From positions 122,121,320-122,185,319 of the forward strand of contig NC_068985.1 of the NCBI RefSeq assembly GCF_001194135.2: a stretch of DNA of 64,000 nucleotides. Direction: 5' to 3'. Both the position numbers and the translations under genes were made by a program. A model generated the notes under the pieces. It did not search any database. It saw only the letters and a program-made list of their open reading frames with translations, and had not been told where the DNA came from. Of this stretch, positions 1 to 13,209 are shown in pieces (the first letter of the stretch is position 1; each line of letters begins with the position of its first letter). This DNA comes from Octopus bimaculoides. Its lineage: Eukaryota.

Positions 1-432
1 ATAACATGCCCCACCCAGCGCAGTTGATGTTTGAGGATCATGCATTCGATACTGGTCAATTTCTCTCATCTCAGGATCTCCGTATGTGAGATCTTGTCCT
101 TCCAGGTCAGATGAAGAATGCGCTGGAGACAGTGGATATGAAAGGATTTGAGGAGTTTGACATGACGATGATAAAGTGTCCAAGTTTCTGAGGCATACAG
201 AAGCGTGGAAACCACAACAGCATGATCAGATCCTATGCTCCACCTTGGGACCAGCCTGTCTGGTCCGGTTCTCAGGCTTCCTGCGGCAAGCTGCTGAATT
301 TCCAGTTTGTCGTAGTCCGCCTATATAGCCAGCTTGCAAGCATCACCCTCATCCGCCTTCACTAGGAACAGATCCGCTGTTGTGGACTTGCAATACCAGA
401 GCCCCGTTAGCTACATTTTCAGGATTCAGGGT
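1..432 (-). mobile_element. RTE-clade LINE remnant (probably an internally deleted 5'+3' fusion)
   Basis: Minus strand about 240-1 reads AVVVSTLLYASETWTLYHRHVKLLKSFHIHCLQRILHLTWKDKISHTEILR*EKLTSIECMILKHQLRWVGHV, the typical RTE ORF C-terminal motifs (LLY.SETW, LRW.GHV), with an in-frame stop. The 241-432 part is GC-richer and only tentatively RTE 5' sequence. Confidence 0.75.
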
Positions 433-484
433 CTAAATATATTTATAAAAGTATATACATATATATAAAAGAATATATATATAT

Positions 485-810
485 ATAGTGCCCCTGGACT
501 GGCTCTTGTGCGGGTGGCACATGAGATGCACCATTTTGAGCGTGGCCATTGCCAGTACCGCCTGACTGGCTCCCGTAGGATTTTCGAGTGAGATCGTTAC
601 CAGTGCCCCTGGACTGGCTTGTGCGGGTGGCACATAAAAGACACCATTTCGAGCGTGGCCGTTTTCGTGCAGGTGACACGTAAAAGCACCCACTACACTC
701 TCTGAGTGGTTGGCGTTAGGAAGGGCATCCAGCTGTAGAAACTCTGCCAAATTAGATTGGGGAGTTAGCAGAAGGTAACCAACCGCATGGAGGTCCAAAG
801 AAGTGATATA
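485..810 (+). mobile_element. Abundant RTE-related SINE-like repeat with internal 60-65 bp tandem subunits
   Basis: Core TGGTTGGCGTTAGGAAGGGCATCCAGCTGTAGAA preceded by repeated CCAGTGCCCCTGGACTGGCT..GTGCGGGTGGCACAT subunits. Related copies at about 14030-14230, 30640-30860, 43990-44200, 50366-50680, 50810-50940, 51990-52230, 55455-55930, 58950-59070, 62278-62815 and 63540-63700. Confidence 0.8.
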
Positions 811-814
811 AAGA

Positions 815-1729
815 NNNNNNNNNNNNNNNNNNNNNNNNNNNNNNNNNNNNNNNNNNNNNNNNNNNNNNNNNNNNNNNNNNNNNNNNNNNNNNNNNNNNNN
901 NNNNNNNNNNNNNNNNNNNNNNNNNNNNNNNNNNNNNNNNNNNNNNNNNNNNNNNNNNNNNNNNNNNNNNNNNNNNNNNNNNNNNNNNNNNNNNNNNNNN
1001 NNNNNNNNNNNNNNNNNNNNNNNNNNNNNNNNNNNNNNNNNNNNNNNNNNNNNNNNNNNNNNNNNNNNNNNNNNNNNNNNNNNNNNNNNNNNNNNNNNNN
1101 NNNNNNNNNNNNNNNNNNNNNNNNNNNNNNNNNNNNNNNNNNNNNNNNNNNNNNNNNNNNNNNNNNNNNNNNNNNNNNNNNNNNNNNNNNNNNNNNNNNN
1201 NNNNNNNNNNNNNNNNNNNNNNNNNNNNNNNNNNNNNNNNNNNNNNNNNNNNNNNNNNNNNNNNNNNNNNNNNNNNNNNNNNNNNNNNNNNNNNNNNNNN
1301 NNNNNNNNNNNNNNNNNNNNNNNNNNNNNNNNNNNNNNNNNNNNNNNNNNNNNNNNNNNNNNNNNNNNNNNNNNNNNNNNNNNNNNNNNNNNNNNNNNNN
1401 NNNNNNNNNNNNNNNNNNNNNNNNNNNNNNNNNNNNNNNNNNNNNNNNNNNNNNNNNNNNNNNNNNNNNNNNNNNNNNNNNNNNNNNNNNNNNNNNNNNN
1501 NNNNNNNNNNNNNNNNNNNNNNNNNNNNNNNNNNNNNNNNNNNNNNNNNNNNNNNNNNNNNNNNNNNNNNNNNNNNNNNNNNNNNNNNNNNNNNNNNNNN
1601 NNNNNNNNNNNNNNNNNNNNNNNNNNNNNNNNNNNNNNNNNNNNNNNNNNNNNNNNNNNNNNNNNNNNNNNNNNNNNNNNNNNNNNNNNNNNNNNNNNNN
1701 NNNNNNNNNNNNNNNNNNNNNNNNNNNNN
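815..1729. other. Assembly gap (one of seven N runs)
   Basis: Run of N. Most gaps abut (TA)n or other repeats, and this one could hide a DMC1 exon. Confidence 1.
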
Positions 1730-1730
1730 T

Positions 1731-1792
<62 letters not shown>

Positions 1793-2076
1793 ATATACAT
1801 ATATATACAACAGACTTCATCCACTCACAAGACTTTGGTCGACCTGAGACTATAGCAGAAGACACTTACCGAATGGTGCCATGCAGTGGAACTGAACTCA
1901 GAATCATGTGGTCGGTAAGCAAGCTACTTACCACACAGCCACTTGTTTGAACAATACTAGTGCATCATCCTCTATTTTGTTTTGCACAATATTTTTTGGT
2001 GAGGAGGTGTAACATCCAATTTTTATTTTGGTTTCTTTAAAATTACAAAATTACATGTGCATGCACGCACACACAT

Positions 2077-2154
2077 GCGCGCACATGCACGCGCGCACAC
2101 ACACACACACACGCACACACGCACACACACACACGCGCACACACACACACACAC
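2077..2154 (+). repeat. (CA/CG)n microsatellite
   Basis: Mixed GCAC/ACAC dinucleotide run. Confidence 0.9.
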
Positions 2155-2423
2155 CAAGGGGAATATTGATAAATCTATAACTTTGTATATTGCTTTAAAT
2201 CATACAGCTGTTAACCAACTGAAATGTTATATCATTTGTGTAATGAGTTTTTGACTGATATCTTTTTTAAAGTTTAAATATGGACACTTTAATATGAGCA
2301 TTCTCAGGCAGCTTGACATTAAAAGGATTAAACAAACTCAAGATGGCATAATTCAAAGAGAAACATGAAGAAAGAATGTGTGACAAAATTTAATATTTTC
2401 TAACTCATGTATGAATTACTTAC

Positions 2424-5400
2424 ACAAATTTTCAGAGAAGCTTCTTTGATTTTCTCCATTTTCGCCTCAGATATACCTTTTATTGCACACATCTTCTTTC
2501 TGGTTGTCATATGTATACCCTAAACAATATTTAAAATGATATATTATCAAATGTTTAGCATTCATACACGGCATAAATTCCAATAGAAGGATTGAAATCA
2601 AGATAAATAGAAAGGAAAAAATTGAGAGACAACCAAAGAATCAAACGAAGAACATAATAAGTTAGAGGTTAATAATGCACATAGATTTCTTCAGGCATGT
2701 GTGTGTATAGATAGATGTATGTAAATTGCTAAGCTTCAACCTTTTAGCATTTAAACTGGCCATATCCATCCAAAATATTCTCCCTATTTTATATTCAAAC
2801 AAGCCAGATCCAGCATCTCACACTTATCTTACGGTGTCATTCTAAAAATAAACATATATATATATATATATATATTACAGCTGTCCATCAATGTTGACAA
2901 TGACGTTGTCCTCTAGGAGTCTTATCTTACATTTTATGAGTTGATAGACGTGAAAACAGTCTGATCCTGGAATGGCATGTCATTGAACACAGATGACAAA
3001 GGAAGTTGCCCATTATGTTATTGGTGAGTCTGAGATGACGTTGACATCTCTTATCCTCAAGTTTCTAACATCAGATTAGTTCAAAGTGTGTAGCTCCTTT
3101 GCCATAGAGGGAACACCAGGTTTGCCAGTTCTCAGCAAAGTGTTCAAGTTGTGCTTGTTGAATGTTGCAGGAGATGAAGACAAGCTTAGGATGGTTGCTG
3201 AACCTCTTCTTGGGTCCCTCATACAGGTGAACACTGGTTGATAGCTCTCCAAAGAAGACCATTGTCAGGAGATGATTATCAAGTATCTTGATATATACAT
3301 ACATACTGCATTCTGGTCCACAGAAGCTTGTCTCTTTTCATTGCTATTGCAAAGGCCCCTATTCCTATTCCTATCCCTAGGAATTAGCTGGTTGAACATT
3401 ACTTTCATCCAGATCCATCTAACACAACTGTCTCTGCTCCACTCACAACTGCCACTGTCTATCCTGTCAATCATTGCTCTCGCTAACCATTAATACCAAT
3501 CCTTTCTTTCCAGATATCAATCCTGACAAATTCATTCTCCATTCATGTTTTTCTTGCAGATATCACCTTGTAGACATTCAAGCAACCTCTTCTTCTTTCT
3601 TCTCTTCCTGCAATAAAATTGTTGTTGTATTACCCATACCAACCATAAATCAGCAGACCTGTTACCAAAAACATTCAAGTTGTGAGTATTTCATTTCTTA
3701 GGCATATGACTATGTTAACCAATGTGTTGCTCCTTATTTCAGGATAGTACAGTATGATCTGATGGAGATATGACTACTATTTCTAGCAGGTTGAACAATT
3801 CCCTCGTTGCTTTGTGAGTACATTTGTATGGGCTAATTTTGCATGTTAATGAATTCATTAAGAATAAGCTAATTATTGAGTTTTCTGCTTACCCTGATGG
3901 TGCATATTCCTGATTGTTTTAACTTCTTAATATCAGCTGCATTCTATAAAAGTTGCAAGGGTACACTTCAAATTAATACAAAATTAACAAAAGATTCTGT
4001 TGTTAATAGAACTGCTAAAATATGGAGAGGAATATTAGCAGTAGATTTCAATATTACCATATTTAATAAATAACATTATATCATATTATCTATATACATA
4101 AAATTCAAAGTTTGGCTCAATTACTAGGACAATGAATAAAATGCTTTGTCTCATTATTAAGTTACATCCTATTACTTTTTGAGTTCAAATCTAGCCAAAG
4201 TTGATATACCCTTCCATTTTTTCAAAGTTGGTAAAATAGGATCAGACAACTGGTGTAATATGTAATCAACCATTCTCCTCTCTTTATGGCTATGTATCTA
4301 CATTAGAAATCAATATTTACTGCAAGAAGGTGAGTACCATACAATACAAATGTCACTTCTAAATCCAAATTTGTGACATAATTTTGATCTGTAATTGATG
4401 TCAAATCATTTCATTTACATTGATATTAGGAAAGATATGGACAACACATTACTCTATTTTCCCTATCACCAAAAACAAACATTTGTTTCTGTAAGATATC
4501 AATATTCAGAACTGAATGTTAGTGGAAATAGTCCACCAATGGCATGCTTTAATGCATCTAGTTTGAAATCTCATTATTCAGAATTCAAATACCATCACAA
4601 TTGTTTTTACCTGCCATCCTTTTGAACGAAATCCAATCAATCCTTCTCTAGGTTGCTATATAGTAAAGCATATCAATATCACTACTGAAATTCGAGGTGT
4701 ATGTAAAAAGTTTATTAAAATAAGATAATTCAGATTCCTCTTTAATATTTTCATTGTCTTTGTTATTTAATGTCAAAAATTCATTTCATTTAAAATTTAA
4801 AAACACAAGACCACTATTAAGTATATACTCACAATTCCGTGATTCTGTAATTGTTCAATATCTTGAAAAAATGAGTCCTGAAAATATAAATTACTTTCCA
4901 ATTAACAAAAAATTGTAATTAATAAAAACAAAAAAATTAGGAATGGAAGGTGCAGGTCCCAGTGATTAGAGTGTTTGGGTCAGACTGTGGTTTCAATTCC
5001 TGAACCAGGAAACACATAGTGTATTCAAGCTAGTGTCTTCATTTCAAGTTGCTTCTCACTTGTAATGAATACCAGCCCATTCATCCTTCAGCTATTACAT
5101 CTTGTATGTTTTGTTGGGTCAAGGGTGAGGGAGCAAGAGGCTGTCTGTATCTGTTTGCAGCTATATAAGCACCTAAAACAATTAATGAAAGCATGGTATA
5201 TGTTGCCAAGTCATATTCGTTCATGAGTGATAGCTGGCCATCCTGTACTATTTAAGAGCTGAAAGCCAAATAATAATTATAATCTAAATGTAAAATTGTT
5301 AGACACAGTGATTTTTTTTCTGCTCTATAGTGACTTAGAATAATACATTATTCAATCTAAGGAGGTCACATCTTCCACCAGTCTCAAAGATCCCTACAAA

Positions 5401-6624
5401 AACTTACACATGATATTTCTTGTCCTTGACTTAAGCCATATAAATAAATACAAATAAATATAAAGCAAAATAACAATTTCTTCAACCTACGACCCAATGG
5501 TTAACTTTGAAAACTAATATAAAATAATATTCTAAATTAAAATATCATTTTTTTTGTCTTTAATTAAAGTGAAAAGAAGGGGGGCAATTTGTAGACTTTG
5601 ATATAAAATTTTTTTAAATCAGAATGAAGCTGCATAATATATTTTTATATCCACTAATCTTATACTATTTTTTTATTATTATTATTTTTTCTGTTATTAA
5701 GGCAGAGAGCTGGCAGGATCATTAGCACCCTGGACAAAATGCTTAGCAGCATTTTATCTGTCTTTACATTCTTCTGAGTTCGAATTCTGCCAAGGTTGAC
5801 TTTGCATTTCCTGCTTTTTGGGTCAATAAAATAAGTACCAATTGAACACTGAAGTCAATGTAATCACTTCCTTCTCTATCCTCACTTTGCTTTTCAAAGG
5901 AAACTTGAAAAAGTTGATGGGCACTGGGCCAAAGTGGAAAGTGTTTGACATCAGCCCTTTCAATTGGGTTCACCATATTATCTCTCTTGCTACAGCCACC
6001 AGACAGATAAACACTGCCTGTCCTTCCTCACCAAAGGAAGGTGACAGGACAATCTTCACAATGGATTCAAGTGATAGCCAAAGCCATCTTACACGTGACA
6101 GGTGTTTAACATAACTCCACATGTCAGCAATGCTCAAGCACTGGACAAATGCATGTTGAACAGTTTTGTTGCTCTGTATGTATCTCAGGTAGGCTTGACT
6201 AATGGCACTTTCATGCCTGTAGAGCTTATCTTGAACTGGTAATGCCCTCCTAGTGGCACTGCCAAGTAAGGGATTTCTGGAAATTATCCATGCATCTGTA
6301 TGCATACATACATACATAGACAGACTGTCAGACAAACAGGCAGACACACATATATGCACACACACACACAGAAGAAAAAGAAGAAGAAGAAGAAGAAGAA
6401 GAAGAAGAAGAAGAAGAAGAAGAAGAAGAAGAAGAAGAAGAAGACGAAGAAGAAGAAGAAGAAGAAGAAGAAGAAGATAATAATGATGGTGTGTGTGTGT
6501 GTGATAACTCTGATAGATATTCAAATGTAAAAACACACAAGATGCTACTTGTGACAGTCTTGACACATACCTCATCTTCTTCAGACTCCAAATCATCAGG
6601 AGCAACAACTTGCTCAGCAGCCAT
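2424..6624 (-). CDS. DMC1: Meiotic recombinase DMC1, 5' part (spliced; coding exons 6624-6571, 4877-4833, 3943-3893, 2519-2424; continues beyond what is visible)
   Basis: Four phase-0 exons with canonical AG/GT ends translate to MAAEQVVAPDDLESEEDE|DSFFQDIEQLQNHGI|NAADIKKLKQSGICTIR|GIHMTTRKKMCAIKGISEAKMEKIKEASLKIC. This matches the recalled DMC1 N-terminus (human MKEDQVVAEEPGFQDEEESLFQDIDLLQKHGINVADIKKLKSVGICTIKGIQMTTRRALCNVKGLSEAKVEKIKEAANKL) better than RAD51. An acceptor 3 nt before the ATG (exon starts at 6627) implies an upstream non-coding exon. Confidence 0.93.
3070..3345 (-). mobile_element. RTE LINE 3' ORF remnant in a DMC1 intron
   Basis: Translates to ..DNHLLTMVFFGELST..GPKKRFSNHPK..CNIQQAQLEHFAENWQTW.., like the RTE C-terminus (PKQVFYGEL..GGPKKRFKD). 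Confidence 0.7.
5701..5935 (+). mobile_element. tRNA-derived SINE family B
   Basis: Head GGCAGAGAGCTGGCAG..GAGTTCGAATTC (B-box-like) and body GTTGACTTTGC..GTCAATAAAATAAGTACC. Related copies at about 29000-29200, 31255-31395, 32150-32280, 48080-48300, 48480-48675 and 57370-57560. Confidence 0.65.
5973..6290 (-). mobile_element. Tx1/L1-clade LINE ORF2 C-terminal (zf-RVT-like) remnant
   Basis: RRALPVQDKLYRHESA..TVQHAFVQCLSIADMWSYV..AVFICLVAVAREIIW resembles the decayed C-terminal zinc-knuckle region (ET..H.F..C) of Tx1/L1 ORF2. Confidence 0.6.
6372..6478 (+). repeat. (GAA)n microsatellite
   Basis: About 35 GAA units in DMC1 intron; source of the spurious poly-K/R/S/L ORFs. Confidence 0.95.
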
Positions 6625-9600
6625 AACCTTTAATGGAACTATTATAGTTTAAGATTAGAATGAAGCCAATTAAACACTGCTCATACATCAATATACATAT
6701 CAAGAAAACAACAGTTTACCTTCTCCTCTGCAAAACATGAACAACATGCCACTAGAACACAAGAATGTCAATGTTGGTGAAAACACCAAGCATCAGCATT
6801 TCTCTTCTGGCATGTTCACAAGTAAGAGCCACAATGGAATACTGCTCTCACAGCTGAGACAGTGATGCTTCTACACATACAAACATACTAGCCCACACCC
6901 TGCTCCCAATAGCATTCATTTATCAGGTATTAGAAGGCAAGCCATTAAAAGGTCTGGTTCACATCAGTCTTGACTGAAAAGAGTAAAAAATTTCAGCACA
7001 TCAAGAAGAGCATCAAGCATATGGACCTCACCAGTCATGGAAGGTCTGTGAAGTGAATAATTACAATCTCCTCTTTCAGACCAATCCATTAAATATATAT
7101 ATATATAAAAAAAAAAAAATAACATAGCATTCTGAATAAAATCTCTGAATACTTTGTAAAACAGTTCTATGATCGTCCATGTCTGATGAAAATTTTAGTA
7201 TATTAATTTTCATGAAGGGCAACATGAATCTCATCAACAAAATGGAAAACAAGAGGAAAAACTAAATTATGTACATATCATGTTTTTAATTTTTTTAAAA
7301 ATCTTTTTACAGCCATTTTATCAATAAACTTCTTTTAGTTTAATACTAATATTGTGTTTCATTNNNNNNNNNNNNNNNNNNNNNNNNNNNNNNNNNNNNN
7401 NNNNNNNNNNNNNNNNNNNNNNNNNNNNNNNNNNNNNNNNNNNNNNNNNNNNNNNNNNNNNNNNNNNNNNNNNNNNNNNNNNNNNNNNNNNNNNNNNNNN
7501 NNNNNNNNNNNNNNNNNNNNNNNNNNNNNNNNNNNNNNNNNNNNNNNNNNNNNNNNNNNNNNNNNNNNNNNNNNNNNNNNNNNNNNNNNNNNNNNNNNNN
7601 NNNNNNNNNNNNNNNNNNNNNNNNNNNNNNNNNNNNNNNNNNNNNNNNNNNNNNNNNNNNNNNNNNNNNNNNNNNNNNNNNNNNNNNNNNNNNNNNNNNN
7701 NNNNNNNNNNNNNNNNNNNNNNNNNNNNNNNNNNNNNNNNNNNNNNNNNNNNNNNNNNNNNNNNNNNNNNNNNNNNNNNNNNNNNNNNNNNNNNNNNNNN
7801 NNNNNNNNNNNNNNNNNNNNNNNNNNNNNNNNNNNNNNNNNNNNNNNNNNNNNNNNNNNNNNNNNNNNNNNNNNNNNNNNNNNNNNNNNNNNNNNNNNNN
7901 NNNNNNNNNNNNNNNNNNNNATAACCTGGAAAAGAAAAAAAGACCCGTGAAACAAAACTTACATGATGTGAACCTTTGAGGTCCCCACCACCCCTCCCAC
8001 CCTTCTTTTCTGGAAAAAAGTGGCTTGCGGCAGGTTTGGAGGTCAAATATGTTGAATGCACCCCAAACAAAACTGTGGAAAAAAATTATTCCACACCAAG
8101 GTATGAAATATTTACCGAAAGAATAAAAATCTTGTACTGATTATACCTGGATTCTAATTAATTCAAATTAATGTACCTCACCTTGAAAAGTGGCAAAATT
8201 TTTGTCAGTTGCCATCTGGGATAATTTTAGTAACAAATCAAACAGGTAAGATGCATTAAGAATTTCAATTTTAGTGTTTCTCCATAATATTATTGCTTTT
8301 ACACCTGTTAATTAAATTTACTTGCCCATAAAAGTCAAATTTACTTAGCAAGATCAACTAAAATTACATAACAATAAACCAGTGGTATTTAAAGCACCCA
8401 CTGACAAAATTTCAAATCTGTATGTAAAAACTTGCAAAGTTACAAGCAAATATTGTGTACACCCTTTTTGAACCTGAATAATTCAAAATAACATGTATCA
8501 CATTTGACAGATTAATATGAACACTGAAGATGGTTTTAGGTGTTTTTTTACTTACACACGCACATAGCAACCTCATTCAGTTGGGACTATACGTGTGTTA
8601 CTTTGACATCATCATTCCATAAAATTTGTTTATGGGGAGAAAAATATTGAAAAATATCAATAAATGTGTGAGTGAGAAAGAAACGAGGGAGGTTAAATCA
8701 CACATTTTCCTCTGAAATTATTAACAATTTTTTTTTAAACCGAAAATATTTCTCTCACAGATCTTACGTGTGTAGTGAAAAAAAAAATGTCCAAAATAGT
8801 TTCAGACTGAGGTAGTGAGAGTGAAATTTTTTTTTTTGTGTGTGTGTGTGAAAAGATGTCTCCCATCATTCTGAAGACTTTGGTGAAAAANNNNNNNNNN
8901 NNNNNNNNNNNNNNNNNNNNNNNNNNNNNNNNNNNNNNNNNNNNNNNNNNNNNNNNNNNNNNNNNNNNNNNNNNNNNNNNNNNNNNNNNNNNNNNNNNNN
9001 NNNNNNNNNNNNNNNNNNNNNNNNNNNNNNNNNNNNNNNNNNNNNNNNNNNNNNNNNNNNNNNNNNNNNNNNNNNNNNNNNNNNNNNNNNNNNNNNNNNN
9101 NNNNNNNNNNNNNNNNNNNNNNNNNNNNNNNNNNNNNNNNNNNNNNNNNNNNNNNNNNNNNNNNNNNNNNNNNNNNNNNNNNNNNNNNNNNNNNNNNNNN
9201 NNNNNNNNNNNNNNNNNNNNNNNNNNNNNNNNNNNNNNNNNNNNNNNNNNNNNNNNNNNNNNNNNNNNNNNNNNNNNNNNNNNNNNNNNNNNNNNNNNNN
9301 NNNNNNNNNNNNNNNNNNNNNNNNNNNNNNNNNNNNNNNNNNNNNNNNNNNNNNNNNNNNNNNNNNNNNNNNNNNNNNNNNNNNNNNNNNNNNNNNNNNN
9401 NNNNNNNNNNNNNNNNNNNNNNNNNNNNNNNNNNNNNNNNNNNNNNNNNNNNNNNNNNNNNNNNNNNNNNNNNNNNNNNNNNNNNNNNNNNNNNNNNNNN
9501 NNNNNNNNNNNNNNNNNNNNNNNNNNNNNNNNNNNNNNNNNNNNNNNNNNNNNNNNNNNNNNNNNNNNNNNNNNNNNNNNNNNNNNNNNNNNNNNNNNNN

Positions 9601-10333
9601 NNNNNNNNNNNNNNNNNNNNNNNNNNNNNNNNNNNNNNNNNNNNNNNNATATATATGTATGTAGAAGGTTGAAAAGCAAGTCCTCGAAAACTTTTTCTGT
9701 TCCATCCTGACAGTAGACCGTCTGCTTATCGTTTATTGCATATTATATTGTATTTCAAACCATTTAAGCGAATTTACTACCAAGTTTCAATTACCGGTTG
9801 TAACTGTTCTATTTTACCGTAACACCCGTTTTATCTTTTAAATAAGCACCAACACCACACAACCTCTACCATTTTTCTTTCCTGTCCTTCCAGCTTTTAC
9901 ATCTCGTACCGTTTTTACCCCTTAGTTGGTCAGTTAGGCTATGAAGTTGTAATGTGCTTCAGTAGAAACGTCAACTGGTGCACAGCCTATCTTGTAAGGG
10001 ATCAAAATTCAAGTCAATCTCGGCATAAATAACACGAGGCACTACATTTGTTTGGCCATCCCTCCTTTAATGCAAGACCGATGATGATTAATGATCTTCA
10101 CTGATTACTAGAATCATTCTATTCCTTTCCAACCCATTGATGTGTATGGTTGACTCATTGAACGAGTCAGCCCAGCTTAGTTCACTTAAATTAACACACT
10201 CATGGCATTCCTATAAGCTGGAGTAAAAGAAAATTACCTCGTGCACCAAAATCGCAATTTCTTCGAATGTGCGTGTTTAAAGTGTCGTAGATTATGATTC
10301 TGCAATACGCGCGTGCGTGCGTGAACTTATATA

Positions 10334-10536
10334 TACTCTTCTACTTGTTTCAGTCATTTGACTGCAGCTATGCTGGAACACCGCCTTTAGTCGAGCAAAT
10401 CGACCCCAGGACTTATTCTTTGGAAGCCTAGTACTTATTCTATCGGTCTCTTTTGCCGAACCGCTAAGTTACGGGGACGTAAACACACCAGCATCGGTTG
10501 TCAAGCGATGTTGGGGGGACAAACACTGACACACAA

Positions 10537-10587
<51 letters not shown>

Positions 10588-10717
10588 TACGACAGGCTTC
10601 TTTCAGTTTCCGTCTACCAAATCCACTCACAAGGCTTTGGTTGGCCCGAGGCTATAGTAGAAGACATTTGCCCAAGGTGCCACGCAGTGGGACTGAACCC
10701 GGAACCATGTGGTTGGT
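10334..10717 (-). mobile_element. tRNA-derived SINE family A with central (TA)n
   Basis: Reverse complement of the family seen complete at 37650-38055: head GGCGCAGGAGTGGCTGTGTGG..GGGTTCAGTCCC, central TA microsatellite, tail GTCAAATGACTGAAACAAGTAAAAGAG. Confidence 0.85.
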
Positions 10718-12830
10718 GTGAATGTATGAATATATGTGTAAATTACTGGCGCATTAACAGAGTTTTGGTTTGTTAGCATGCCTTTTTTCCAAAATATATC
10801 TATCGGTTTTTAGCCAACGCTTTGTGTGATAGACACACGTAAACATCGTGATTATATACGTTATTTTCGTGGACAGAAAAATACTAGCTATGATACAAAA
10901 AGTATAGCACATGTATGTATGTATGTGTGTATTTGTGTGCGTCCATAATAAAGAAATCTTGACAGAAAGAAAAATAATTAATCTTGCAAAATACCAATTG
11001 ACTAAAAACAGACGACATAATTCAAAGCTGTCTGTTAAATTGAAGATTGTTTATGTTAGTATTTAAAGGGGGAAAAGTTATCATATGTCAATGAGTAGTT
11101 GAAAAGAAATAAATCATGGAATAAATTTGAAAATTTTAAATACGAACGTTTTCGAGAATTGTTATTGAATTGTTATTCACTAAGCAACTGCTTTTGTTTT
11201 CCCCTCCAAATCGTGATCGTCTGCTACTTTGAAAGTATAAACTTACGAAGTTATCGCTCTTTCGAACTGATGAGAAACATTTATAGAGTGCGCTCTCTGT
11301 TAATGCATTTGGTCATTGGTTCGCATCCCGCCAACAGGGATGAAGTATATCTTTTCGTAGTAACACTTCATTCGAATTGTCATTACATAAAGAATAAATG
11401 GATGTTGTTAAATTTCTTCCAACCACTTGAAGTTATTCTATTTTTTTTTTAAGTATTTAAATTTTAAAAAACTAAATCCATTTTACTATGTTTTTGTTAC
11501 ACCATAAAATATTCTACATTAAAATATAAATCCAAAATCGAAGAAAAAAGGGGGAAAAAATGAAAAACATCAATTCAATATTAAGTACATTATTTGGTCG
11601 CACACTATAAGGTTCAACAGAGCTTATTGAAGCAAGCCAACATGCTCACAACATTACTGAGGGCGAGGCTAAAGCGTTGGAATAGCCAAGCACCCTCACA
11701 GACGTCACTTGACCCCTTTGTAAAGCCTGCTGCTAACAATGACAAGAACGTTGCAATCAGCAGCCCAAATCCTCCAAACGTCTATAGGGGTGTATGTGTT
11801 AGTAAAAGGTTACCCACTTTAGTAAAGGTGTTCTTGGAGAGGTTCTGTGAGTGAGCTTTTGAGAAGCATGTGTAATGGAATATCAGAAGGCATTTTTATA
11901 CAAAACGTTTTAATTTATTGAAAGATAACAAGAGCTGACAGCATAGCTGTTGTTTGTGCATGAGTCAGAGAAAGCTTTAAAACTTACGTTTGAAATATGG
12001 ATTCAGTTGGAAGTCATTATAAGCTAACAGAAAAGTGATGAAAATATACTGTTCATAATAAGGCTGAGTTGTGGGCTGATGGCATTCAGAAGTTCGGGGA
12101 ACAAAGTTGGTATGAATGAAATAGGCCGTTCATGATTTTTCCCATTCCTATCTTTTCTCTCCTTCTTTTCTCTCTTTCTCCTCTCTCTTCTATCTACTCA
12201 TTCACAACCCACTTCTGTCTATCTTGATGTCTGTCTTTCTCACTTTATATATATATACCCATGTGGACCATTTACATACTAACTAACCGCTTAATCCATT
12301 ATTTCAACATGAATGCATCATTCAAAATACTGATTTACCTGGGATTATACCTAAGGGCTTATACCTTCACAGAAGTACAGACCAACTTCCATACCCACTG
12401 GAAAAAGATGAACTATGAACTTTATTCTCCTGTCTGAATTCTTCTATCTACTTTTACTCTTTATTCTTCTATTTTATTCCTTATAAACTGTGAATTTTCC
12501 TGTCTAGAACTTTCATACAAACTCACCTTGTTTTTGATGATGGAATATCCAGTGTATGGACATGTTAGCCTCTCACTTGGGATATCCCCAAAACAGCTAC
12601 CCTAATTAAATTATTATGACTTGAGATACTCATCCTGCCTTGGTTTTTGTTATCCTTTTCCTCTAATATATAACTACTAACACAGAAGCCTAATTTGGAT
12701 CCCTAGCTCCAGCCTCAGCTGCGAAATTGGAACCTAACGGATGACCAACTGTAGCACTTACTCAGCATACATATTAATTTAGATCACCAATGAACTAAAC
12801 CCCTCATATTCTATATATATATATATAAAC

Positions 12831-13200
12831 TGTGTTACATTTTTGCCAGCGGTTGATTAAATTTGTTGACCTATTGGGTTTAAGAGGTGTAGTGGCGCGA
12901 AATTATGGCCGCCATTAAGGAAGTACAATCTACACATGCGCAAGGGACTTGCCTTCTCAGAAGCCCCTCGAGTGCACATGCATAGTAAAACCAGTACTTA
13001 AAGAGCTACTTTCGTTTTCTATCTCTCTTGAGTGCGATGCTTTCGACGTGACGAAGCTCTTAACCTTCCAATGCTGATTACAAGTCAACCAGCAGCTGCC
13101 AGGCTGAATAACACAGGATTTGTAAAACCAAGCATCACCAAAAATAAAACTTGTTTTTATTATGTTGTTAATTGTTCTACTGTTTCTTAATATATAATTT
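12831..13200 (+). mobile_element. Solo-LTR-like segment (tentative)
   Basis: GC-richer 370-bp block that starts with TGT and has AATAAA near its 3' end. No clear terminal CA and no TSD. Confidence 0.3.
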
Positions 13201-13209
13201 TGTTGAAAG

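Noticed and set aside
433-1950. Long ORFs (200-460 aa) in the ORF track here and at the other gaps
   Set aside because: They are open only because they run through N gaps and (TA)n repeats.
4611-4655. 45-nt AG..GT-bounded segment on minus (QPREGLIGFRSKGWQ) that fits DMC1 phase
   Set aside because: No similarity to DMC1; the homologous 45-nt exon is 4833-4877. At most a cryptic exon.
6253-6608. Poly-Lys/Arg/Ser/Leu ORFs
   Set aside because: Translations of an intronic (GAA)n microsatellite; only 6571-6624 is a real DMC1 exon.
11594-11854. 86-aa plus-strand ORF in GC-richer DNA
   Set aside because: Non-ATG start, no recognisable domain, and no convincing splice partners.
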